Assembly (NCBI GenBank): GCA_037133115.1
Contig: JBAXOU010000001.1
Location: 5,888-69,887 of the forward strand
Reading direction: 5' to 3'
Origin: Planctomycetota bacterium
GTDB lineage: Bacteria; Planctomycetota; Planctomycetia; Pirellulales; UBA1268
Length of the DNA stretch: 64,000 bases
Shown here in pieces: positions 17,641 through 26,777 of this stretch (within the stretch, counting starts at the first letter, position 1; each line of letters opens with the position of its first letter). The notes beneath the pieces were generated by a model, which saw only the letters and a list, made by a program, of their open reading frames with translations, was not told the DNA's origin and did no database searches. The position numbers and the translations under genes are program-made.

Positions 17641-18963
17641 TCACGAGCGAGTTGACTGAGGTGGCAGTCGGTTCCAGAGTGGCGCGACGGCCACTCCGGC
17701 GATGACGAGACCGGCGGCGAGCACGAGGAAGATCGCGTTCCACGGGGTCTGGCCGTCGGCGGTCGTCGAGGACACGAGGCCCGGGAGCGTGCCGCCGACC
17801 ACGCCGCCGAGCGAGCCGCAGCCGTTGATCATCCCAGCCGCGGTTGCCGCCCCCCTCCGCGTGCCGAAGTCGATCGCCGCCGCACCGCTGGCGAGCGAGT
17901 CTGGGATGTAGACGAGCAGGCCGATCACAAACAGCATCGCCCCCACCGCCCACCGCGTTGGCGGCATCCAGGGCAAGGCGGCCAACGCGACGCCGGCCGC
18001 CACGAGCGTGACCGCCATCACCGGAAACCGCCGCGTGCCGAACAGCCGGTCACTCGCCCAGCCACCCGCGATGATCCCCACGGGGCCGGCCAAGTCGAAG
18101 AGCCCGCCAAGAATGCCACTCTCGGCGACTCCCGTGCCAAGCCGCTCGCTCAGATACACGGGCGACCAAAACATGAGCAGATAGCGGAGCGGCTTGACGA
18201 GGAGATAGACGAACGAGATCACGAGGACCGTCGGCGACGTCATGACGTCCAGGATCGTCCGCCACGCCCCCTCCGGCTCATCGGCGACCCGCTCGCCCGC
18301 AACGATCACCGACTCAGCTTCGCCCGCTGCCTGCTCCGGCGACGGGAGCCCTACGTCCTCCGGCCTGTCGGCCTGCAGAATCGCAAACGCCACGCAGATC
18401 GCCGCGAGGATGCCAGCCGGCACGAAGAAGGCCATCCGCCAGCCGCCGTGCTCCGCGGCCAGGCCCGCCACGACGCCCGCGATCATCCCGCCGAGCGCGA
18501 AGTTCGTGCACCACAGCCCCATCACGCGGCCCCGCACCCGCCTCGGGAAAAACTCGCCCATGTTCTTCGTGAGCGGGGCCCAGCCACTCGACTGGAACAC
18601 GCCCTGGAGGGCAAAGAGCACACCGAGCCAGGCGGCCGTCGCGGCAGACCCCATGGCGACCGCCACCGCCACACTCCCCGCCATGCCGGCGAGGACAACT
18701 CGCCGGGTGCCAGCCCGGTCGCCGAGCACGCCCCAGAAAAACTGCCCGGCCGCGTAGGCGATGAGATACCCGCCGTCGACGGCGGCGAGCGTCTCCGTCG
18801 AAAGCCCCCACACCTCGGGCTTCTTGAGTTCGATCTTCGCCACCGACAGGCTCTTCCGCGTCAGGTAGAAGCCGGCGTAGGCGAGCCAGGTGATCGCGAA
18901 GATGCGCAGCTGCCAGGCTTTCAGCGAGGTCGTCCAGCCGCGGAGCAGCGACGACCCGCTCAT
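17641..18963 (-). CDS. MFS transporter, organophosphate:Pi antiporter (GlpT/UhpC-like, OPA) family
   Basis: WQLRIFAITWLAYAGFYLTRKSLSVAK N-terminal signature and a 12-TM-like hydrophobic pattern. The start ATG overlaps the upstream TGA (ATGA). Confidence 0.85.
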   Translation of the reverse strand: MSGSSLLRGWTTSLKAWQLRIFAITWLAYAGFYLTRKSLSVAKIELKKPEVWGLSTETLAAVDGGYLIAYAAGQFFWGVLGDRAGTRRVVLAGMAGSVAVAVAMGSAATAAWLGVLFALQGVFQSSGWAPLTKNMGEFFPRRVRGRVMGLWCTNFALGGMIAGVVAGLAAEHGGWRMAFFVPAGILAAICVAFAILQADRPEDVGLPSPEQAAGEAESVIVAGERVADEPEGAWRTILDVMTSPTVLVISFVYLLVKPLRYLLMFWSPVYLSERLGTGVAESGILGGLFDLAGPVGIIAGGWASDRLFGTRRFPVMAVTLVAAGVALAALPWMPPTRWAVGAMLFVIGLLVYIPDSLASGAAAIDFGTRRGAATAAGMINGCGSLGGVVGGTLPGLVSSTTADGQTPWNAIFLVLAAGLVIAGVAVAPLWNRLPPQSTRS

Positions 18964-20099
18964 GGTGTCACGACCACGCGGACGGCGGTGCCGGCGGCTG
19001 CCATCACGAGTGCCTCGTCAATCCGATCGAGCGGCATGACAGGACCAGCGAGCGAGGCCAGCCCGGCGCCCGCCGGCGACGCGAGATGGCTGACGGCCGC
19101 AGCAAGATCTTCGGGACGATAGTTGTGGACGCCACGGATCGTCGCCTGCCGCCGGACGATCCGCTCAGGATCGAAGGTCGCGTTTCCAACCGGCGCGACC
19201 GTGCCCGCGAGCACACACGTGCCCCCGGTGGCGATCAGACGCAGCGCGGCCTGGGCCGTCGCGACCGAGCCCCCCGCGTCGACCACCAGATCGGCGCCGT
19301 CGGTCACGAGCACGCCCGTCAAGAGACGCTCGAGCCCGGCCTCGTCTCCCGACCAAGGCACCGTGTTCGCCTGCGGCGCGGCCGCGGCCAGGAGGTCGAG
19401 CCGCTCCGGCCTGGAATCGACGACAGTCACCGAAGCCGCAGCGCGTGCTGTTGCCAGACTCGCCACCGACAGGCCGAGCATCCCCGCCCCGAGCACGACC
19501 ACGGACCGTCCACGGAGATCACCGTTGATCCGAATCGCAGCCGCCGCGGTCGCTACGGCGCAGCTGGCGGACGCGGCCGCGACGGCCGCGAGTCCAGCCG
19601 GCAGCCGCACGATCGCCGTGCCGGGCCGCAGCACCACGTGACTAGCGAAGCCCCCCGCAAGGGAATGCTCGTCGTTCGCCGCGTGGCCATACTTGAAGAG
19701 CTGTCGGCACTTCTGTGGCAAGCCTCCGCGGCAGCGGTCGCACTCGCCGCACGAGGCACACACGCTCCAGGTGATCCGCTCTCCGGCCGTGATGGTCGCC
19801 CCGTCAACGTCCACAATGTTTGGTCCCGCCCCGACCGCAACGACGGTGCCCGCTATCTCGTGGCCGAGGATCGTAGGGAGCGGATGCGGCCGGCGGCCGT
19901 GGGCAGTATGCAGATCACTGCCGCAGACCGCGCAGGCGTCGATGCGCACGAGCACTTCCCGCTCGCCGAGCGGCGGGACCGGCACATCACGCAGCTCCAG
20001 CGGACCACCGGGCCGGGTCAGCAGGGCGACACGCGCCGTCGCCACCGCTGATTCCACCGTGCCGGGCATCCGTATGGTCTCCGCGACGAAGTCATCCAT
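18960..20099 (-). CDS. Zinc-binding alcohol dehydrogenase, phosphonate-catabolism-associated clade
   Basis: CAVCGSDLHTAHGRRPHPLPTILGHEIAG zinc/catalytic motif; structural-Zn cluster CASCGECDRC; Rossmann VVVLGAGMLG. The ATG at 20099 is preferred over the tracked GTG at 20117. Confidence 0.85.
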   Translation of the reverse strand: MDDFVAETIRMPGTVESAVATARVALLTRPGGPLELRDVPVPPLGEREVLVRIDACAVCGSDLHTAHGRRPHPLPTILGHEIAGTVVAVGAGPNIVDVDGATITAGERITWSVCASCGECDRCRGGLPQKCRQLFKYGHAANDEHSLAGGFASHVVLRPGTAIVRLPAGLAAVAAASASCAVATAAAAIRINGDLRGRSVVVLGAGMLGLSVASLATARAAASVTVVDSRPERLDLLAAAAPQANTVPWSGDEAGLERLLTGVLVTDGADLVVDAGGSVATAQAALRLIATGGTCVLAGTVAPVGNATFDPERIVRRQATIRGVHNYRPEDLAAAVSHLASPAGAGLASLAGPVMPLDRIDEALVMAAAGTAVRVVVTP

Positions 20100-20244
20100 G
20101 GCGCGACCGCCTGTCACGCACCGGCGGCATTATGTCGGCGCACTGGTTTCCTCCAGCGGCGCTCATGAAAAACTGACATTTCGCCCCTGGGCGCCTCGTT
20201 ACACTCGTTCGCACACGTCCGGGCAACTCTCCGAGAACTGAGGC
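20100..20244. promoter_or_regulatory. Shared control region between divergent phosphonate/ethanolamine operons
   Basis: This ~145-bp gene-free interval lies between the first genes of the two oppositely oriented gene strings. No specific operator was recognised. Confidence 0.3.
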
Positions 20245-20826
20245 ATGATCACGAAGATTGACGACCCGGTGGCGGCGATTCTGAGGCTGTTTGCCGAGAA
20301 GGGCGACTCGGAGTACGGCGGCGAATCGGTCAACCAGCGGGAGCACGCCCTCCAGGCCGCTGCCTGTGCGCTTCGAGACGGCGCGGACGACCCGCTCGTC
20401 GTGGCGGCGCTCCTCCACGACCTCGGCCATATGCTCCACGAGCTTCCCGATGATGCTCCGGACGAGGGTATCGACGACGCTCACGAAGTGACCGCCGCGC
20501 GAAAGCTCGCTCCGTGGTTCGACACCGATGTCACCGAGCCGGTTCGGCTCCACGTGGATGCCAAGCGGTATCTCACCGGCACGGAGCCGGCCTACATGGA
20601 GCAACTGAGCCCGCCAAGCGTCACGAGCCTGATGCTGCAGGGCGGCCCGATGGACGCCGCGGCTCAGGATGAGTTTCGGCGGAATCCCCACTGGGAGGCG
20701 GCCGTGCGGCTGCGACGGTGGGACGACGAGGCAAAAGTGGAGGGTGCCGCGACCCCGACCGTTGACGAGTTCATCCCGCTGATCCGCGGCGTTGTCCGGC
20801 CCGAATTTCGCCGGGCCGCCACCTGA
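20245..20826 (+). CDS. phnZ: HD-domain phosphonate-degradation oxygenase, PhnZ-like
   Basis: YGGESVNQREHALQAAACALRDGADDPLVVAALLHDLGH; later HVDAKRYL and LRRWDDEAK. This pattern matches the phosphonate-operon HD family as I recall it. Confidence 0.75.
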   Translation: MITKIDDPVAAILRLFAEKGDSEYGGESVNQREHALQAAACALRDGADDPLVVAALLHDLGHMLHELPDDAPDEGIDDAHEVTAARKLAPWFDTDVTEPVRLHVDAKRYLTGTEPAYMEQLSPPSVTSLMLQGGPMDAAAQDEFRRNPHWEAAVRLRRWDDEAKVEGAATPTVDEFIPLIRGVVRPEFRRAAT

Positions 20827-20829
20827 CCC

Positions 20830-21618
20830 ATGACGACGCCCATCCGCCTCGTCGTCGCCGACCTCGCCGGCACCACGATCGACTTCGGCTCGTGCGCCCC
20901 GGCCGGCGTGTTCGTCGATCTCTTCGCCAGCCACGGCATCCCGATCACCGCGGCTGAGGCCCGCGGCCCGATGGGCACCGCCAAGCGGGACCACATCGCG
21001 GCGCTCGCGGCCCTGCCTCGGGTGGCCGCCGCCTGGGCGACGGTACACGGGCGGCCCTTCGCTGAGTCCGACCTCGACGAACTCTACGCGGAGTTCATCC
21101 CGCTCCAGTTGGCGTCACTCCCCGCGTTCGACGCCCTGATCCCGGGCACGCTCGAGGCGGTCGCGGCGTTGCGGCAGGCGGATGTCGCCGTCGCCGTCAC
21201 GACCGGATACGACGCGGCCATGACGGCGGTGGTGCTGGAGGGCTGCCGGCGGCAGGGCTTTCTTCCGGATGCGGCCGTCTGCGCCACCGAGGTCGCCGCG
21301 GGACGTCCGGCACCCTGGATGATCTTCCGCGCGATGGAGAAGACGGGCGTCTGGCCGCCAGCAGCGGTCGTCGCCGTGGGCGACACGCTCGCCGACATCG
21401 AGGCCGCGCGAAATGCCGGCGTCTGGGCGGTCGGCGTCACCGCGACCGGCAACATGCTGGGGCTGTCGCGAGCGGAACACGACGCGCTCGAACCCGGCCG
21501 CCGGTCCGAACTGCTCGAGACCGCTGGCGAGCGGATGCTCGCGGCCGGTGCCCATGCGGCGATCGGCGGCATCGGCGACCTTCCCGGAGTGCTGCATCGC
21601 TTCGGGGGCGCACCGTGA
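20830..21618 (+). CDS. phnX: Phosphonoacetaldehyde hydrolase (phosphonatase)
   Basis: Collinear with canonical PhnX: DLAGTTIDFGSCAPAGVF, EARGPMGTAKRDH (Schiff-base Lys region), TTGY, AAGRPAPWM, VGDTLADIEAARNAG. Confidence 0.85.
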   Translation: MTTPIRLVVADLAGTTIDFGSCAPAGVFVDLFASHGIPITAAEARGPMGTAKRDHIAALAALPRVAAAWATVHGRPFAESDLDELYAEFIPLQLASLPAFDALIPGTLEAVAALRQADVAVAVTTGYDAAMTAVVLEGCRRQGFLPDAAVCATEVAAGRPAPWMIFRAMEKTGVWPPAAVVAVGDTLADIEAARNAGVWAVGVTATGNMLGLSRAEHDALEPGRRSELLETAGERMLAAGAHAAIGGIGDLPGVLHRFGGAP

Positions 21619-22757
21619 CGGATCCGACCGACGTGATCGTGGTCGGCGGTGGGATCATGGGCCTCGCCTTCGCCTGGGAGGCGGCGCGGCGCGGCCGCCG
21701 CGTCACGCTCCTCGAGCGGAGCGACGCCGCCCGTGGGGCCAGCATTCGCAACTTCGGCATGGTCTGGCCGGTGGGGCAACCGGCCGGCGAGCGCCACGCA
21801 CTCGCGATGCGAAGCCGCAGCCGCTGGCTCGAACTCCGCGACGCCGGCGCGGTCTGGGCTGCCGAGTGCGGGAGCGTGCACGTCGTCTTCGAGGAGGACG
21901 AGGCGCGGGTGCTGGCGGAGTTTGCCGACCGGGCGCCGGGACTCGGCGTGCCGTGCGAACTCCTCGCCGGCCCGGAGGCGGCCCGGCGGTTTCCCGCGAT
22001 CCCCGCGGATGCCAGGGCGGTGCTCTGGAGTCCCACCGAACTCGCCGTCGATCCGCCCAGGGCGATCGCCGCCGTCGCGGCCCACCTCGCCACCGCCCAC
22101 GGCGTGGACATCCGCTTCTCGACCACGGTCGTCGGCATCGACATGCCCGTCGTCACCACGTCGTGCGGGCAACGGTTCGAGGCGCCGCAGGTGGTCGTCT
22201 GCGGCGGCGCCGACTTCGAGACGCTGTTTCCCGACCTCTGGGCCGCCTCGGGCACGCGCCGCTGCAAACTCCAGATGCTCCGCACCCGCCCGCAGCCGGA
22301 CGGCTGGCGGCTCGGCCCTCACGTGGCCGGTGGGCTGACGCTCGCCCACTACGCCGGCTTCGAGATCTGCCCGTCGCTGGCGGCGCTGAGGCAACGGCTC
22401 GCCGCGTCGATGCCTGCGCACACGGCCGCCGGCATCCACGTGATGGCCTCGCAGAACGAGGCAGGCGAGGTGATCCTCGGCGACTCGCACGACTACGACG
22501 CGCCACTCGATCCGTTCGAGTCCGAGGCGATCGACGACCTCATCCTCGCCTACGCCCGCCGCATGCTCCGCCTTCCCGATTGGTCGATCGCCGCCCGCTG
22601 GCATGGCGTCTACGCAAAAGGGCCTGATCCGATCCACTTCGCCGCGGAGCCCCAGCCCGGCTGCTTCGTGATGGGGTCGCCAGGGGGTGCCGGCATGACG
22701 CTGGCGTTCGGGCTCGCCGAGCGGTGGTGGAACTTCCGCGCCGCGACTGGAACGTGA
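21615..22757 (+). CDS. FAD-dependent oxidoreductase, aminophosphonate-associated clade (DAO family)
   Basis: N-terminal VIVVGGGIMGLAFAWEAARRG dinucleotide fold. GTG start with GTGA overlap onto the phnX stop. Confidence 0.8.
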   Translation: MTDPTDVIVVGGGIMGLAFAWEAARRGRRVTLLERSDAARGASIRNFGMVWPVGQPAGERHALAMRSRSRWLELRDAGAVWAAECGSVHVVFEEDEARVLAEFADRAPGLGVPCELLAGPEAARRFPAIPADARAVLWSPTELAVDPPRAIAAVAAHLATAHGVDIRFSTTVVGIDMPVVTTSCGQRFEAPQVVVCGGADFETLFPDLWAASGTRRCKLQMLRTRPQPDGWRLGPHVAGGLTLAHYAGFEICPSLAALRQRLAASMPAHTAAGIHVMASQNEAGEVILGDSHDYDAPLDPFESEAIDDLILAYARRMLRLPDWSIAARWHGVYAKGPDPIHFAAEPQPGCFVMGSPGGAGMTLAFGLAERWWNFRAATGT

Positions 22758-23157
22758 GGGCGGGCTCGTCTTCTGCCAATCCGCGACAGCCGCGGCGGCC
22801 CGACGGGGGCATCGCCCCGACTAGGCTGCCACGGCGTCTTGGTCTTCGCGACCTCTCCAGAGAAAGATCGCCGCCATCGATGACACTCTGATGAGCAAAT
22901 CACGAGCAACTCGTGTGATTTCGATGAGAAAACGATGAGCCGGCACACCGAGCCCGCCGCGATTCCAGTCGCTCTACTCATACGGGTCACACGTGATCCT
23001 GAGGCGTTTACGCGGCGAGGGGCTGCCCATGCCCGTCGCCGGACGCTCGCTGCGGGCATCCTGCCCTGCGCTCGCTCGATGCTGACTTCGCTTCGCCATC
23101 CATGGCTTCGCTCATCAGCAACGCCGGCTCCCGGGCACGGGCAGTCCCTCGCGACCT

Positions 23158-23183
23158 CTCGTAGCACAGGTTGGCAACCTGTG
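23158..23183. repeat. Palindromic hairpin repeat, single copy (CTCGTAGCACAGGTTGGCAACCTGTG)
   Basis: 9-bp arms CACAGGTTG/CAACCTGTG around a central G. It is the reverse complement of the 26677 copies apart from the centre. Located in a convergent junction. Confidence 0.85.
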
Positions 23184-23412
23184 TGTCTTCATGGTTCGCC
23201 TTGGGATCACATGCGATTCCGGAAGGGTGAGCAGCCGGATCGGAGGCACGCGCAGAAGCCGGTGAGACTTGTGCCTCGCGGCGGTCGCTCCGAAGCGTTT
23301 GAGCAGAGAACTCACAAGTCCCGCCGGCGCCGAGCATGCTTCCGGCCGGCTGCGGATTTGCGAAGACGTGCGAGGTTCACGTGCGACCCGCATCAGACAC
23401 GGTCGCTGCCCA

Positions 23413-24066
23413 TCATGCCCGCATCGCCTCCGTGATCTGGGCCGCTGGTCCGATCCTTGCCAGCCGCCGGGTGCATGAAGCCGACACGGCGGCGATCCGC
23501 TCGAGGAGGCAGGCGAGTGCGTCGATCCGCATCACCGCATCACCATCCATCTCAGCCCGCACGACCGCATCGGCCACCTCGGCACGCACCTTGTCGCGGA
23601 CGACAATGGCTTCATTCCTGGCCTCTCCCACCGCATCCACCGCCGATGGATCCCACTCGTTTACGGCATCGACCATGAGCGACACGACCACATAGACGCA
23701 CGACACGAGGCGGTCGAGCGACGGCACCTCCAACTTGGCCAACGCCCACGCTACCTCGCCTCCGATCTCATCCGCGCGGGCCGCCGCAATGGCGGCCACC
23801 TGCAAGTCGGCGCAGCAGCCAAGCACAGCCGTGGCGAAGTGCAGATCCGACGCCACGGGCCGAAACCGCACGAGAAACTGCGTGGCCTCGGCCTGAACTT
23901 CCTGCGAGAGGCTCACGATGTCGTCGTGGAGGAGCGCCATCCGGCCGCTGGCAACCACCGGCGGCTCGGAGGCCGACGCGATCGTGGCGACATACGCGCC
24001 CTCCACCAAGGCTGCCAACAGGGCGATCCGCTCCCGCAACCGCTCGCGATGCTGGTCGATCTGCAT
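23413..24066 (-). CDS. PhoU-like regulatory protein (divergent)
   Basis: 217 aa, all-helical composition. RFRPVASDLHFATAVLGCCADLQ resembles the PhoU PvAsDLR motif, and the second half has LLERIAAVSA. The ERIGD motifs are degenerate. Confidence 0.5.
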   Translation of the reverse strand: MQIDQHRERLRERIALLAALVEGAYVATIASASEPPVVASGRMALLHDDIVSLSQEVQAEATQFLVRFRPVASDLHFATAVLGCCADLQVAAIAAARADEIGGEVAWALAKLEVPSLDRLVSCVYVVVSLMVDAVNEWDPSAVDAVGEARNEAIVVRDKVRAEVADAVVRAEMDGDAVMRIDALACLLERIAAVSASCTRRLARIGPAAQITEAMRA

Positions 24067-24181
24067 GCCGCGATCTCCATACCGAACTGCCGGTCACACC
24101 CGGAGGGAGGGTAGCGACCATTCGTGAGGATCGTGTTCGGGCCGACGCTCAACCCTGGGTACACTTGCCGCACGAGACTCC

Positions 24182-25021
24182 ATGATGTGGCGTGATCGTC
24201 GGGTGATCGTGGCGGGTGGCACGGCCGGGTTCGGCCTCGTGCTCGCGCGGCATCTTGCGCGGGCCGGGGCCCGAGTGCTCATCGTCGGACGCTCCTCGGA
24301 AGGCGTCCGCAACGCCCTTGAGACCTGCGAGCGGGCCGGCGAATCGACCGACGCCATGCACGGTGTGACGGCTGACCTTGGCAGGGCAGGGGAGGGCAAC
24401 CGGATCGCCGGCGAGGCGTTGCGACTGCTCGGCGGGGTGGACGACCTGTTCTGCTGCGTCGGTCGCTCCGGCCGCGCGAAGATCCTCGACACGACCGACG
24501 ATGACCTCCGCGACTATCTCGCGGCCAACCTCTTCGCCGCCACCGAACTCGTGCGGGCCGTGGCCGACGACGTCGCCGCCGCGAAGGGGCACGTGGTGTT
24601 CATCGGGAGCCTCGCCGGCAAGCTCGTCACGCCGTTCATGGGTCCTTACGCCGTCGCGAAGTTTGCGCTCGCCGCCTACGCCGACGCGGTCCGGCTCGAA
24701 CTCGAACCCCGCGGCGCGCACGTGCTCCTCGTCTCACCGGGGCCGATCCGCCGCGCGGCCGACGACCCGGCCACCGGCCGCGGGCCCGACCGCTACGCCG
24801 CCGACGCCCGCCGCGCGGGCCTGCCGGCGTCGGCCACCGCCCCCGGCGGCTCCGCGAGCCTGAAGCAGCTCGATCCCAACCGGCTCGCTGCGGCGGTGCT
24901 CGATTCCTGCCAGCGGCGTGACGCCGAACTCGTCGTGCCGCGAAAGGCCGCCCTGCTCGCGGGCCTAATCGCATGGCTCCCAAACGCGGGTCGCCACCTG
25001 CTGGCCCGGTTCGTCCGCTGA
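24182..25021 (+). CDS. Short-chain dehydrogenase/reductase (SDR)
   Basis: VIVAGGTAGFGLVLARHLARAG cofactor motif; IGSLAG and YAVAKFAL (YxxxK). Confidence 0.85.
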   Translation: MMWRDRRVIVAGGTAGFGLVLARHLARAGARVLIVGRSSEGVRNALETCERAGESTDAMHGVTADLGRAGEGNRIAGEALRLLGGVDDLFCCVGRSGRAKILDTTDDDLRDYLAANLFAATELVRAVADDVAAAKGHVVFIGSLAGKLVTPFMGPYAVAKFALAAYADAVRLELEPRGAHVLLVSPGPIRRAADDPATGRGPDRYAADARRAGLPASATAPGGSASLKQLDPNRLAAAVLDSCQRRDAELVVPRKAALLAGLIAWLPNAGRHLLARFVR

Positions 25022-25243
25022 CGAACCCGCCGCACGCGACACATTTGCGGAATCCCGGTATACCTACCGCAGTTCGCTCACGATCCTCGCGATCGGGTGC
25101 GATGTGAGGAAAAGCCGACCGGCCGCGAGGCCGCGGGCGAACCACGCTCGACACGGCGTCTGGTGGCGATTCACCCCACGCCTCACGGCGTTGGGCTTGC
25201 ACCAGAGACCTCCAGATCGTCATTCACGAAGGAGACCACGTCG

Positions 25244-26557
<1,314 letters not shown>

Positions 26558-26640
26558 CGCCATGAATCGGCGACTCGTGCGCGTCGTTCCGTTTCCGCAG
26601 CTGGCCGAAAACGGTGACAGCCACCTTGTGCCGGTCGATC

Positions 26641-26777
26641 GCACAGCTGTGCTACGAGAGGCACGACGCAGACTGACACAGGTTGACAACCTGTGCTACG
26701 AGAGGCCACGACGCAGACTGACACAGGTTGACAACCTGTGCTACGAGCAACAAACAGGTTGACAACCTGTGCTACTG
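26641..26777. repeat. Tandem array (44, 45, 31 nt units) of the palindromic hairpin repeat
   Basis: Units at 26647-26690, 26691-26735 and 26736-26766, plus a partial unit. Hairpins CACAGGTTGACAACCTGTG at 26677-26695 and 26722-26740, and ACAGGTTGACAACCTGT at 26754-26770, each followed by GCTAC. Confidence 0.9.

Noticed and set aside
15709-17655. 648-aa + strand ORF
   Set aside because: It is antisense to the secreted 647-aa gene. The composition is Arg/Gly/Pro/Val-dominated, whereas the - strand frame has a signal peptide and balanced composition.
21084-22637. 517-aa - strand ORF; likewise 20092..21048 (-), 25220..26689 (-) and 27768..29417 (+)
   Set aside because: They are antisense to phnX/FAD oxidoreductase, phnZ/phnX, xylA and glnD respectively, all of which have unambiguous family motifs on the other strand.
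22888-22939. Hammerhead-ribozyme-like string CTGATGAG + hairpin + ...GAGAAAAC
   Set aside because: After the putative stem II the sequence reads CGATGAGAAAAC rather than CGAAAC. The G12-A13-A14 core would be G-A-U, and I could not find convincing stems I or III. Probably a coincidence within a GATGAG-rich stretch.
22610-23435. ORFs 22610..23167 (-), 22935..23435 (+), 23008..23337 (-) in the large gap
   Set aside because: They are mutually overlapping, Arg/Pro/Ala/Ser-rich and without motifs. The region is treated as non-coding.
26641-26777. Possible CRISPR array (regularly spaced palindromic repeats)
   Set aside because: There are only about 3 units. The 'spacers' are ~25 nt and near-identical between units (CTACGAGAGG(C)CACGACGCAGACTGA), so this is a tandem duplication and not an array of unique spacers. 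No cas genes are in the window.
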